Positions 46,871-57,000 of a stretch of 64,000 bases of DNA are shown here, in pieces. Every line of letters starts with the position of its first letter. Within the stretch, counting starts at the first letter, position 1. The notes below the pieces were generated by a model, which made no database searches, was not told the origin of the DNA, and worked only from the letters and a program-made list of their open reading frames with translations. Source of the stretch: a virus; the IMG/VR virus record IMGVR_UViG_3300028920_000060, positions 7,968 to 71,967 of that record; one strand, written 5' to 3'. The translations under genes and the position numbers were made by a program.

Positions 46871-48897
46871 CGTCTCCTGCTGTTATTTCCGATCATACGA
46901 TTAGGATTAAATAATCTACCCTGTCCACCCATTTGAAATTGTTGACCGCCCACTTCTTCACGTTTTAGTCTTGCTTCCCTCGAGCGCAGTTTAACACCAG
47001 TAGGCATGATTTGTGAATCTTGACACATTTTATGTAAATGAACTAAGACAACTGCAACGTCGTCAGAGTTATAGCCTCGTCGCTTACCCTTTTGCGGATT
47101 ATATACTTTCTTATCATCAATAGACCTCTCAAGGCGTTCTAATTCATATATACCCACACCTTGAGGAGATTTAAACGGCGGATCAAGTGCGTCATCTTCA
47201 ATATCTTTAGGAAGTAATTGAATACGGCCCATAAGAGCATCGGCAACGAATTTGATATAATCTTCAGCTTTAATCGACTTCTGTTCAGCGCGTACTCCAA
47301 GATTACGAATTTGCTGAATTAATGTCACGCTGTTCCATCTATCAAATTCCACCTGTGCTATCTTTTGAAATCCCTTTTGAAAATCAACTATATCGACACA
47401 AGAATCAAACCATACATCCATATCTTTAGATGGTAGAATACGCATTACCCAATCAACTACAGTTACGTATTCAACCTTGTCATCTGGAAGCTGTCTAATC
47501 TCTAAATGACCACATGCGCCAGCAAACGAGTCGAAATTCTGACCAGCATCAAAACAGATATACCGTGACATATCACGTTTTAGTTGACACTCGACCATTT
47601 GAGCTCGATGATATCGCTGATTAGTCTTATCTATAAATGGTATTATATCAATTTTAGCAGTGGGTTTAAGATTTTCTACTACTGCTATAGTCTCAAATCT
47701 TTGTGGGTCAATAACTAAAGGATTAGCTGCTAATGGTGGTTTAGCACCAAAGTCACGTTCAGTACCTACTGGATCTTTTTCAAAAGCTTCATCATAATAT
47801 TCACGCTTCTCCATAGGGTTGAATTCCCAAGTTGCATAATGGAAAGCGTACATACTTTTAATATTAGTAGAGGTATAAAGTAATTCCATCCCTTTATCAT
47901 CAATTGATATAGGAGATGAAATTGATACCATTAAACCAAACCACTCGAGCAAGTCTCTATTTAGTACTGCTGAACGCACAGTACGTAAAGAATTCTCCAT
48001 AACGCGGTAGGATTCTTCGGCACCTAATGAAGATTCAGTTTGTTTAAATCGTGAAATCTCATCAACAAAAGAACCAATACGAGTACGGCCAGCAAGACCA
48101 GAAGAGTTGGAGTTCTTTGAATTAAACTTTACTCCCATATGACCATTTTCAATTTCTCTTATGGTCTCTTGATATTTCCATCTCTCCATACCAGCTGGAG
48201 TATCTTGATTTTTCTCTTCTTTTTTAACCCATGTTACATATCGTTTGAACCAAGGAGAATCTGATCTAAAATTACGATAATAAGCCCAAATAGTATCATT
48301 AGACTGAACTTCAGTAGAAGCAATGTATGTAACTTCAAATGGCTGTTTAGGTAACAATCCAAAATAGGATGATAATTTACCATCCGATTCACTTAATGAG
48401 ATATTTATAAGTCTATGTTCTAAATATGCACCAATAAGACCAACCGTAGCGGTCTTACCAGAACGCATTCCTACAATACCGTGAAGCTGATTATATCTTT
48501 GAATTGCTCTATCAAGTAATAATTCTGTTCTAGTTAGACCACATTTAGGACAAACATCTTCTTTATATTTACTTGACCAAACCAATAATACTTCTGATTC
48601 TAAATAAGAACGTGGTTTATTCCAACAATCAATTGCCTCTGGTGTTAATGGGTTGCAGATAGGACAACGATATTGAAAGAAATCTCTCAATACCTGATAC
48701 TGTCTAGTGTATTCAAATAATGATGGAATATTCAGATATGCTGGACCAGAAACGAATTCAATAATATTAGGTGCTGGATTAGCTAAATAATCTTTATCAA
48801 TATCACGTTCTTTTTTCTTATTTTTGCTAGTTAGCGGCTGGACCAGCGCTTCCATCGTATCTCTAAGGCTACCGGCCCCATTTATACCTAATATCAA
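46864..48897 (-). CDS. terL: Terminase large subunit
   Basis: Walker A GIVGMRSGKT, Walker B SFVDEISRF, coupling motif SISSP, nuclease YICFDAGQNFDSF and NSDDVAV; N-terminal CxxC insert. Confidence 0.9.
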   Translation of the reverse strand: MILGINGAGSLRDTMEALVQPLTSKNKKKERDIDKDYLANPAPNIIEFVSGPAYLNIPSLFEYTRQYQVLRDFFQYRCPICNPLTPEAIDCWNKPRSYLESEVLLVWSSKYKEDVCPKCGLTRTELLLDRAIQRYNQLHGIVGMRSGKTATVGLIGAYLEHRLINISLSESDGKLSSYFGLLPKQPFEVTYIASTEVQSNDTIWAYYRNFRSDSPWFKRYVTWVKKEEKNQDTPAGMERWKYQETIREIENGHMGVKFNSKNSNSSGLAGRTRIGSFVDEISRFKQTESSLGAEESYRVMENSLRTVRSAVLNRDLLEWFGLMVSISSPISIDDKGMELLYTSTNIKSMYAFHYATWEFNPMEKREYYDEAFEKDPVGTERDFGAKPPLAANPLVIDPQRFETIAVVENLKPTAKIDIIPFIDKTNQRYHRAQMVECQLKRDMSRYICFDAGQNFDSFAGACGHLEIRQLPDDKVEYVTVVDWVMRILPSKDMDVWFDSCVDIVDFQKGFQKIAQVEFDRWNSVTLIQQIRNLGVRAEQKSIKAEDYIKFVADALMGRIQLLPKDIEDDALDPPFKSPQGVGIYELERLERSIDDKKVYNPQKGKRRGYNSDDVAVVLVHLHKMCQDSQIMPTGVKLRSREARLKREEVGGQQFQMGGQGRLFNPNRMIGNNSRRRW

Positions 48898-49238
48898 CCG
48901 CTTACCCTTGGAACAATGTTGGCAGGTACACTACTAACAACTTCAATATTCGATCTTTTGGCTTTTATTCTTCTAACATACTCATCATAGCTATTTACTA
49001 GTGCCTGATCAGCGATAAACTTAGTAGTCCACTTAATCTCACTTTCAGGCACCTCAAAAGTATGAAAAATCGGAGAAATACTTAAATTTACAGCACGTTT
49101 ATTTTGATCTACTACTTCTCGTATTATTAATGGATCTTTTACTTTAATTACAGGTTTTTGACAATCAGATAGTGCTTCACCTATGATTTGACGACCAACA
49201 TAGTCAACAAGTACAACGATAACTCTAGCTTTCTCCAT
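48894..49238 (-). CDS. Phage Sm-like protein
   Basis: VVLVDYVGRQIIGE...IKVKDPLII...LVNSYDEY..IKAKRSNIEV pattern of phage Sm-like proteins. Confidence 0.55.
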   Translation of the reverse strand: MEKARVIVVLVDYVGRQIIGEALSDCQKPVIKVKDPLIIREVVDQNKRAVNLSISPIFHTFEVPESEIKWTTKFIADQALVNSYDEYVRRIKAKRSNIEVVSSVPANIVPRVSG

Positions 49239-49281
49239 ATTAAGCCTCCAGGCCTCCTCATAATGAGGGTATTAACTCTCG

Positions 49282-51255
49282 TTATAACTTCTTGAGAGCT
49301 GCTTCTGCGTGTTCTGGATAATGTGCTTGGATGGCAGCTTTAATATCTACAGACTGGTATCCTTCTCTAAGCATTTCCTGCACTAGATGGTCTACCTGAT
49401 CTTGACTTACATCAGCCTTCTTTTTGGATTTCTTTCCAGGTTTCAAGAATTTCTTAGGAACTACATCCATCAACCCAAGAGCCGGAAATTCTACATAAAG
49501 ACAAAGACCATCACCCTTGGTATCACGTACCACACATCCCTCTTCACCACTAGGAACAATTACTCTCATACCACCACGATCACGAATTTCGTAATCCTTA
49601 GTCAATTTAACTTTAGAACCAACACCAAAAGTATCGCGTTCACGTTCTGCTGGATCTAAGAATTGCTGTGGCTCATCTTCCCAAACTTCAGGAAATTCAG
49701 TAGGAGTATCAATATTGGTACGTTTACGTTGTTCTTTGTTCTTTTTTGCTGCATGTCTAAGTATCTTAGCCATAAGCTCAAGAGGCTCTTCATCACCAGA
49801 AAGCTCTAATTCAGTCTCTTGCTGCGGTTTCAGAGCCTTCTCAATTGGGCGTCTACCTTCAGCCGGTAAAACAGTACCACACTGTCTACAATCCATTGCA
49901 TTTTGATCATTTACAAATCCACACTGTGGACAAGTAGGAGCAGCATAAGGACTGAGACGTGCACTCTCTGTATCAGAAGATGCAATAGGAGTATCACCAC
50001 CACCAGGTGGTACAGGACCTGCTTGAGCTGCTCTGCTCATCAATATTTGTCTACGTGGTCTAACTGGAGTAGACTGTTCAGGTTTCACTGGAGTAGTAGA
50101 CTGTTCAGGTTCCATTAAAATCTGTCTACGTGGTTTAGAAGTTGTAGGAACAACTGTACCATGCGGGACTTGTTGTGGTTCAGGAGCTTGTTGTGGTTCA
50201 GGAGCTTGTTGTGGTTCAGGTGCTGGCATCTGTGTTTGTGGAATCTGTTGTTGTTTAGTATAATGAGATTGAGAAATTTGTTTGATTTGTTCAGGAGTCA
50301 TTGCTGGTGTATTTACTGATTCCAGCTGTAGATTTTGAAGTGCTTCCGGCGCACCTCCTGGTGGAGGAACGCGTCTGGTCATTACTGGTTGAGCTATTCT
50401 TACAGCCTGCTTCCACATAGTTTCTAAAGAGTCTACCAGACTGCTAAATCTTTCAGGTTTAAAAGCTGTCTGCTCAGCCTGTCTCATTAAAACCATGGCT
50501 GAATCAAGATCATCATTAACAGCATAATCAGCAGCGCGCTGTACTTTTTCCATTACACGCTGATCATATTCTGGATTTAATACTGATTTAATTTGCTCTA
50601 TAGTATCCAAAAAGGGCTGAGATTCCCCAGTTTGTGCCTTTTTAGAATAACGTCTCATAGTCCAGGGATTACGTGGACCAATATTAAACATATTCTGCGT
50701 ATTGCCAATTGGAACTCTAGGCAAACTACCACTAGATACCTTATCATCAACCGGTGGAGATAACATCTCACGTGGCTGCATGTCTTTCATAAGAGTGCCA
50801 CGTTTAATGAGCTCATCAAGTGCTGGTCCACACATCACATAAGGTGCACCATCATAAAAGAACATTGATGGTTCCAATAAAGACTTTTTCTTAACAATTA
50901 CTGGAATATCAATATTAGCCTTATGACCCATTAAAGTACGAAACTGAGCACCTACTTTAATGACACCATCAGCAAGTATACCATCTTTATCAGAAGCATT
51001 TTTAATAACACCATGATAAGATAATACAGGCTTAGATGGTAAAGTAAATCTTGAAAGAAGATTAGATACTAATTCCAATGCCTTAACAGTAGCATTCTTA
51101 TTAATATCTAAATCTTTATCACTTTCCTTATTACTTAAATCAAAACGAAGCTGAGCGGTCTTAGGACTAAGCCCTCCCATAGCTTCAGAAATTCTTTTAT
51201 TTACTTCTTTACGCTCTGCAGTCCGAGCCTTCTTAAAGTTATCATAGGTGCTCAT
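49282..51255 (-). CDS. Modular putative head protein (Zn ribbon, SH3-like domain, Gln/Pro repeats)
   Basis: CPQCG..N...AMDCRQCG; FGVGSKVKL...GEEGCVV SH3-like barrel; (APEPQQ)x3. Confidence 0.5.
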   Translation of the reverse strand: MSTYDNFKKARTAERKEVNKRISEAMGGLSPKTAQLRFDLSNKESDKDLDINKNATVKALELVSNLLSRFTLPSKPVLSYHGVIKNASDKDGILADGVIKVGAQFRTLMGHKANIDIPVIVKKKSLLEPSMFFYDGAPYVMCGPALDELIKRGTLMKDMQPREMLSPPVDDKVSSGSLPRVPIGNTQNMFNIGPRNPWTMRRYSKKAQTGESQPFLDTIEQIKSVLNPEYDQRVMEKVQRAADYAVNDDLDSAMVLMRQAEQTAFKPERFSSLVDSLETMWKQAVRIAQPVMTRRVPPPGGAPEALQNLQLESVNTPAMTPEQIKQISQSHYTKQQQIPQTQMPAPEPQQAPEPQQAPEPQQVPHGTVVPTTSKPRRQILMEPEQSTTPVKPEQSTPVRPRRQILMSRAAQAGPVPPGGGDTPIASSDTESARLSPYAAPTCPQCGFVNDQNAMDCRQCGTVLPAEGRRPIEKALKPQQETELELSGDEEPLELMAKILRHAAKKNKEQRKRTNIDTPTEFPEVWEDEPQQFLDPAERERDTFGVGSKVKLTKDYEIRDRGGMRVIVPSGEEGCVVRDTKGDGLCLYVEFPALGLMDVVPKKFLKPGKKSKKKADVSQDQVDHLVQEMLREGYQSVDIKAAIQAHYPEHAEAALKKL

Positions 51256-51264
51256 CTATGTCTC

Positions 51265-52734
51265 CTACCGATAGATCAAAAGGTCAGAATCAAATAATCT
51301 AAATTCTTTTATGAGGTTTTCATTTTGTAAAGCTTCTCCAAGCTGACTCTTATAACTATCGGTAAACATGATTTGCTGGAGAGCTTCTGCATTTCTTTCT
51401 TCAAAACCTAAAGTGTCAATCCAGTTTTGAATAGTCTCAGCTGTAATTACAGCCATCTCATCATGCTCTCCATCTTCTTCTTTAGTCCATTTAGGAGCAT
51501 GATTTCTAAATAGTTCTAAAGATCCCTGTATTAAAATTTTAGGATCAATACTCATCTTAGTTTTAGCAGCAGAGGGTCTAATTGGTGCCTCTAGACCGTC
51601 TGATTTTGGATGAATAGGAGTAACGTGTTTTCTCTCAGAATCAGTTAACGCAGGATCAAATCCTCGAGTATAATTAAAATGTCTACCGCTAAAACCTTCA
51701 CCTATATTACCTTCACCATTTGGATTCCCCATACTTTTAAATGGATCAACATCAGCCTGATCACCATCACCAAATGGACTAAATTCATCAGGTAAGGTAT
51801 GATGTTCAAATCTAGACATTGGACTAGTTTGAACTGTCTGATCATTATCAGTACCGCCAGGTAGACGATTCTCTTTTGCTTGTCTTAAAAAAGGAAAAGT
51901 CTCTAACAACTCTTCTTCAAAATTATCTTCTGTGTTTGCCTCTGTTAAACCACGAAGTGTTTCATATGTGTTCTTATTAGCAGATTTAGATATTGGAGTC
52001 TCTATTGTATCCCCAACCATAATACCATTTTCTTGACACCAGCCAGCATTTACTTCAATAACATCAGTACAAATAGAAGACCAAGTACCGAAAGCACCAG
52101 GTGAAATATTAGCAATGATCTTATTAATCTTACCTTCATTTGCAAAAATAATATCTATAGGAAATTTTACATTTCCCATATGAAATGCAGCCATGCGACT
52201 ATTGTTCTGTGGAAACCATAAACCTCTATTTTTAGGCAAAACAGTATACGCCTGTAAACCACTGGCTTGTTGACGAGGAGTAATGGCTACATCACAAATT
52301 ACAGCAGTTCTATCATTAAATAAGATTTCAGCATTTGCTCTTTCAGATTTTACCCAGCGTGAACTTTGCATCGTCATCATCTGAGTAGTCATATTTTGTT
52401 GATTTTGTTGATTTTGTTGAAGCATCTTATTCATTACATCGGTATCTTTTTGACGTGCTAGCTCCTCTTGTTCAGCCTCTTCCTGACGATTTAAATCATC
52501 AAATTGATCTTCATTTTGTTTAATGGGGGTAAGTTGTGCTTGTAATAGACGCAACCTATCTCTAAGTAAACGCATCTGTTGATTGATAACACGTTTTTCT
52601 TGTTCTTCAACTTGTTTTTGCTTAGTCTCTTTTTGCTGTAAATCCTCAGTAGTAGGTGTATCAGTAACATTAGGCTCTGGAGCCTGTGTATTCGATGGTG
52701 TAATTACACCATACTGCGCTGATTTCATCGGCAT
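51265..52734 (-). CDS. DUF192-domain modular protein
   Basis: DVAITPRQQASGLQ...RGLWF...FHMGNVKFPIDIIFA...VIEVNAGW...I.VGDTI is the DUF192 pattern; preceded by a Gln-rich coiled coil. Confidence 0.7.
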   Translation of the reverse strand: MPMKSAQYGVITPSNTQAPEPNVTDTPTTEDLQQKETKQKQVEEQEKRVINQQMRLLRDRLRLLQAQLTPIKQNEDQFDDLNRQEEAEQEELARQKDTDVMNKMLQQNQQNQQNMTTQMMTMQSSRWVKSERANAEILFNDRTAVICDVAITPRQQASGLQAYTVLPKNRGLWFPQNNSRMAAFHMGNVKFPIDIIFANEGKINKIIANISPGAFGTWSSICTDVIEVNAGWCQENGIMVGDTIETPISKSANKNTYETLRGLTEANTEDNFEEELLETFPFLRQAKENRLPGGTDNDQTVQTSPMSRFEHHTLPDEFSPFGDGDQADVDPFKSMGNPNGEGNIGEGFSGRHFNYTRGFDPALTDSERKHVTPIHPKSDGLEAPIRPSAAKTKMSIDPKILIQGSLELFRNHAPKWTKEEDGEHDEMAVITAETIQNWIDTLGFEERNAEALQQIMFTDSYKSQLGEALQNENLIKEFRLFDSDLLIYR

Positions 52735-53537
52735 TAGTTTGGTAACCTGAATTCTTGCCTGGTTCTACCCATAGCAACTTCAGCCTCATTAACCAGAATA
52801 CTGGCTAACTTCATACCAACAATATCTTCTACAGCCTCAATAATGTCACCGTCAACTTGCTGACGTTTCATTATTGTAACCAAAGAAGCAAACTCATCAG
52901 ACAGCTTAGTAACAATACTCTTTGTAAACGTTTCAATAATATACTGAGTCGCTACAGTTATGAGCTTATTACCTTGACGCATCTTAGAAATTTCAGCTAA
53001 AATACCTTTTTGAGTGTTAATCATAGAAGTAAATGTTTGAATCTTATTTTGTGACCATACATCACCATTAGCGGAATTTAACGCTTTTAATGAGTCAGCC
53101 ATCTCATAGATTTGATCATGCACCTCTCTAAATTTTACATATAATTTACAAAGTTCTTCATGCTCATCAAAATTACCATCTCTAAGAGATTTAATCTCCT
53201 CAAGAGCACTTTCTGAGATCAACTTTTTATTTGGATTACGTTTAAATTCATCTTTCGCACTTTGAATTTTAACGCCATCTTTTGTATTAGTATGTTTATT
53301 AAAATGATTCCAGATACTCTTTTTAGTAGGAGCTTTTAAATCTGGATACTTAGCAGCAACGTAATCAATCAACATTGTGGCTATCCGTCCAGGTGGATAA
53401 CCATCTAATGCTTGCTTACACACCCAATTATATAACTCTGGGTGTTCTCTTGACCAAATACAGAGTTTACACTGATACTGAAATTCAGGTTTCAGTAAAA
53501 GCTCGAATTTTTCTGCTGCCTTTTCTTCTTCAGACAT
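52734..53537 (-). CDS. Probable terminase small subunit
   Basis: CKLC...GYPPGRIA..(HTH)..IWNHFNKH N-terminus plus helical oligomerisation region; four genes upstream of TerL. Confidence 0.4.
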   Translation of the reverse strand: MSEEEKAAEKFELLLKPEFQYQCKLCIWSREHPELYNWVCKQALDGYPPGRIATMLIDYVAAKYPDLKAPTKKSIWNHFNKHTNTKDGVKIQSAKDEFKRNPNKKLISESALEEIKSLRDGNFDEHEELCKLYVKFREVHDQIYEMADSLKALNSANGDVWSQNKIQTFTSMINTQKGILAEISKMRQGNKLITVATQYIIETFTKSIVTKLSDEFASLVTIMKRQQVDGDIIEAVEDIVGMKLASILVNEAEVAMGRTRQEFRLPN

Positions 53538-54076
53538 TACTTCTTAGACTTCTTCTTTTTAGTGGTCTTTTTCTTATCTTCAGTCTCAGTCTCAAGTTCA
53601 TCAGCCTCACCACGCATTTCAACTTCATGCTGGTCAACAGCTGCTAATATAGCACCCTCACCCATATCAGGTTTAGTAGCATCCTCATCAGATTTAGCAC
53701 CACCTTCACCCTGGGGTTCATTCTTATGTGGCTTAGTAACCACAGACTCAGGTGCCTCTTCTTCCACTTCCTTAGGCTCACCAAGAAGAGCATCTATATC
53801 AATTTCTTTATTTTCATCATCACAAACAAATATATTTAACCTATCTGGACGCAGAGCACGAATGACATCTCGGCTATACTTCACACACTCGTGAGTCTTC
53901 TCAAGCGATCCATCAAAAATAGGCAGAATGTCAACATTCGCACCCTTTTTGATATTTAAAGAAATCACAGGAGCTTCTCTATGAAGCTTCTGATTCTTCT
54001 TGAGAGTAGCTCTCTCTGGATCATGAAGATCTACTTGTAAGTTACCTTGACTCATGTTAATAAGCAAATACTGCAT
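53537..54076 (-). CDS. Hypothetical protein with docking-type N-domain and acidic/Lys tail
   Basis: 179 aa; MQYLLINMSQGNLQVDL...; ends KKKTTKKKKSKK. Confidence 0.5.
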   Translation of the reverse strand: MQYLLINMSQGNLQVDLHDPERATLKKNQKLHREAPVISLNIKKGANVDILPIFDGSLEKTHECVKYSRDVIRALRPDRLNIFVCDDENKEIDIDALLGEPKEVEEEAPESVVTKPHKNEPQGEGGAKSDEDATKPDMGEGAILAAVDQHEVEMRGEADELETETEDKKKTTKKKKSKK

Positions 54077-54085
54077 CTTAGTCTC

Positions 54086-57000
54086 CTATCTAATACCTTT
54101 AAGTGGTAAAACGTCGTCTTTGAGTTCACCACCATAGGTTAGAGTCATAATACCTCGAGATTCACTGCATCTAACTTTGACCTGAGCTACCCCAGCATCT
54201 TCATCAAATTCAATGATCTTCGGCTTACCCATGATACCGAAATCATGGAAATACTTATCGCTCTCAAGCCCCTTAATAAAAGAAATGATCTGATGTTGGA
54301 CATTCTGTGGGCTCATATTCTCAAATAATTCAGGATCCCAACCAATATCCATCATGACATAGCCATTGTCATCAGAAGATGTAGTTGAGAACATACGATT
54401 TATACAGAACTTATTATGACTACGAGCAGGTTGTTTATTCCTCTCCTTATAATCATAATCTTTCTTATCATCTTTACCAGAAGCATTATAAGCGTAAGGT
54501 CCTGGACCTGCATCACCTTCTCTTCTCATAACTGCTCCCTCAATCTTAGTAAGATTCTTCTTCATTTCTTTAAGAAGTTGTTCTTTCCTCTTTTGTAATT
54601 TTTCATTCTGTAATTGTTCTTTTCTCCTATTTAATTCTTCAAGTTGTAGTTGCTTTTTCCTCTTTTGTAATTTTTCAAGTTGTATTTCTTCTTTAGTTCT
54701 TTGACGTTTTGGCTCAAAAGTAGTAACAGGTTGTTTACCAGGAACTGGAACTTCTTTCTTCTCTTTATCCTTCTTTTCTTTCTCAAGATTCATCCTAAGA
54801 AGTTCACGTTCCTTTTCTATCTTTTCACGATCTTTCTTTTCAATCTCAGTAGGTATATCTTCTCTACGTTGTGGTGGTTTTTCTTTCTGAGATTTCTGCC
54901 AATTACGATACTCTTTCCACTCAATTGGATAATGACGCCTAATATAATTTACAAATTTATCTTGTTGTTCTGGCTCAAGAGACTTGACTTCATTAGCAGC
55001 TTCTTCTATAGTCTTATTAAACCAAGGATCTTCAATACTTCCCATCTGTAACTTGACTTCAGAAGGATGTTTCTTTTTAAGTTTTTCCTTCCGATATTCC
55101 TCAAGTTCTTTAGCTATTTCTGGTTTTTTTGAATGTAAATAGGCTTGCGCTTCTTCATACTTACGCTGAGCTTCTTCACCCTTAGAATTCTTCAAATGCC
55201 ATATAATATATTTAAGTACACCAGGTTCTTTATCCTTATAATGTAAGCCCAGCTCAACCGCATCTTGTACAGTTAATGGTTGCTCGTCAGCATCAATACG
55301 ATTAACAATCTCTTTACCACGCATATACTCTTGATACTTAAGATCCTCACTTAAGAGATCTTCAACTTCAGTCTCATCAGCCATACTCTGAAGTTCATCA
55401 AGAAGCATCGCTTCTCTATCAGCAGCTACTGGACCCTGAGTATGCTCAACAAAAGATAACCATACACCCTGAGCCTTTAAACGTAACATATTCTGAAGAT
55501 CTAACTTCTCTTCTTCAGATGCGTCCTGTAAAGCTTCCCAGAGTTCTTTACCCTTATGTGGTCCACCAGGAATCTTATAAAACCAAAAAGAATCAATTTC
55601 TCCAGTTGGTGCTTCACTTGGTTCTTCTTCACGTTGTTTACGATGAATAGTTGGTCCTTCGTATGGTCTACCAGTAGGTTCTAATGGTTTTCGTTTTTTC
55701 TTGCCAGGAGCAAATGCGGGTTCAGACACAGGTTCTCTTAAAAACTTTTCACTCTGCCAAATTTCTTCTGGAGTCTTAGGAATATGTGGTTGTCTAAGCT
55801 TCCTTCTTTCTTTTCTTTGTTTTTGCTTAGAAAGCTCTGGAAGAACAGTGCCATGAGCTTTCATAGCAAACATTATTAATTTTGCTAAGCCAGGGTCGGA
55901 TTCCCTAGCTAGAGAAGTAAGAAAACCAGGACCCCATTCTTCAACCAAAATAACTTTAATTGGAGTATCCCTGAATGATTTATATAAATGACTATCAGGC
56001 ATACCTTTACTCTTTAAACCAGCAGATGTAACAGGTGACCAATTTAAGAAATATTCATAAGCTTTTCTTTCTTTAGATTCAGGATCCAACAACTTTCTAG
56101 CAAGATCAATATCAAATTCGGTAGCTCTATTTTTCCACTCACGTGGATCCATATTACCATATTGTTCTTGTGGAAGAGCCTGATCAATCTGTTCACTTAT
56201 TGGTAAACTTTTTAATTTTTCTCTAATCCTTTCATCTTCGATTTCTTCATTAGACATACCTTCTGGTACTTCTACTTCTACATCTTCTGGACTAAGTTCA
56301 ACTTCATCCTCTTCAATAACTTCAAATTCAGGCTCAGCAGCTATCTTTTTATTTCCTCTAGAATAGAACATTCTAGATGGTAAACCTTCTTCTAAATATC
56401 TAGGTTTATGCTTTTCAATTTCATACTTTGGAATTTCTTCCATAAATTTCAAAAGTTCACCCTGAAGTAATCTCACTTGCTCATCTTGGTCTAATGATCT
56501 AAATTTTTCTTCAGTTATGCCACGTTGTTTTAAAAACGCTTGGAATCGTGGTGGTCTATCAGATAAATTACCAGTTTGTTCATTAAGAACATGGATAAGA
56601 TATTCAACTTCATCAAGTTCAGGAAGTTCTTCTTCTCTACGGGGTATAGCCGGCTCTTTTACTCGAGGATAATGTTTCTGAATAAATTCAGCCGGTCCTA
56701 ATTTTTCTTCTTTTTTAACTTCCTTATATTTTGGTTGAGCTCTACCTTCTTCTTTAATTAAGATAGCTGCAACATCACGTAAGAAATCAACACGTTTTCT
56801 TAATGGTAAGCCATCGTATTGTTCTCTACTAATATCGACATTTTCAAATACAGCATCCATTCCACCTTTAAAATTAGCATTTACATAATCTTCTAATTGT
56901 TCTAACCATTTCTGTGTCTTTTTTTGATCAACACTGGTTTCTCTTTTAACCTTTTTAAGATAATGTTCAACTATACCAGGATCTACTTGAGGCGTTTTTT

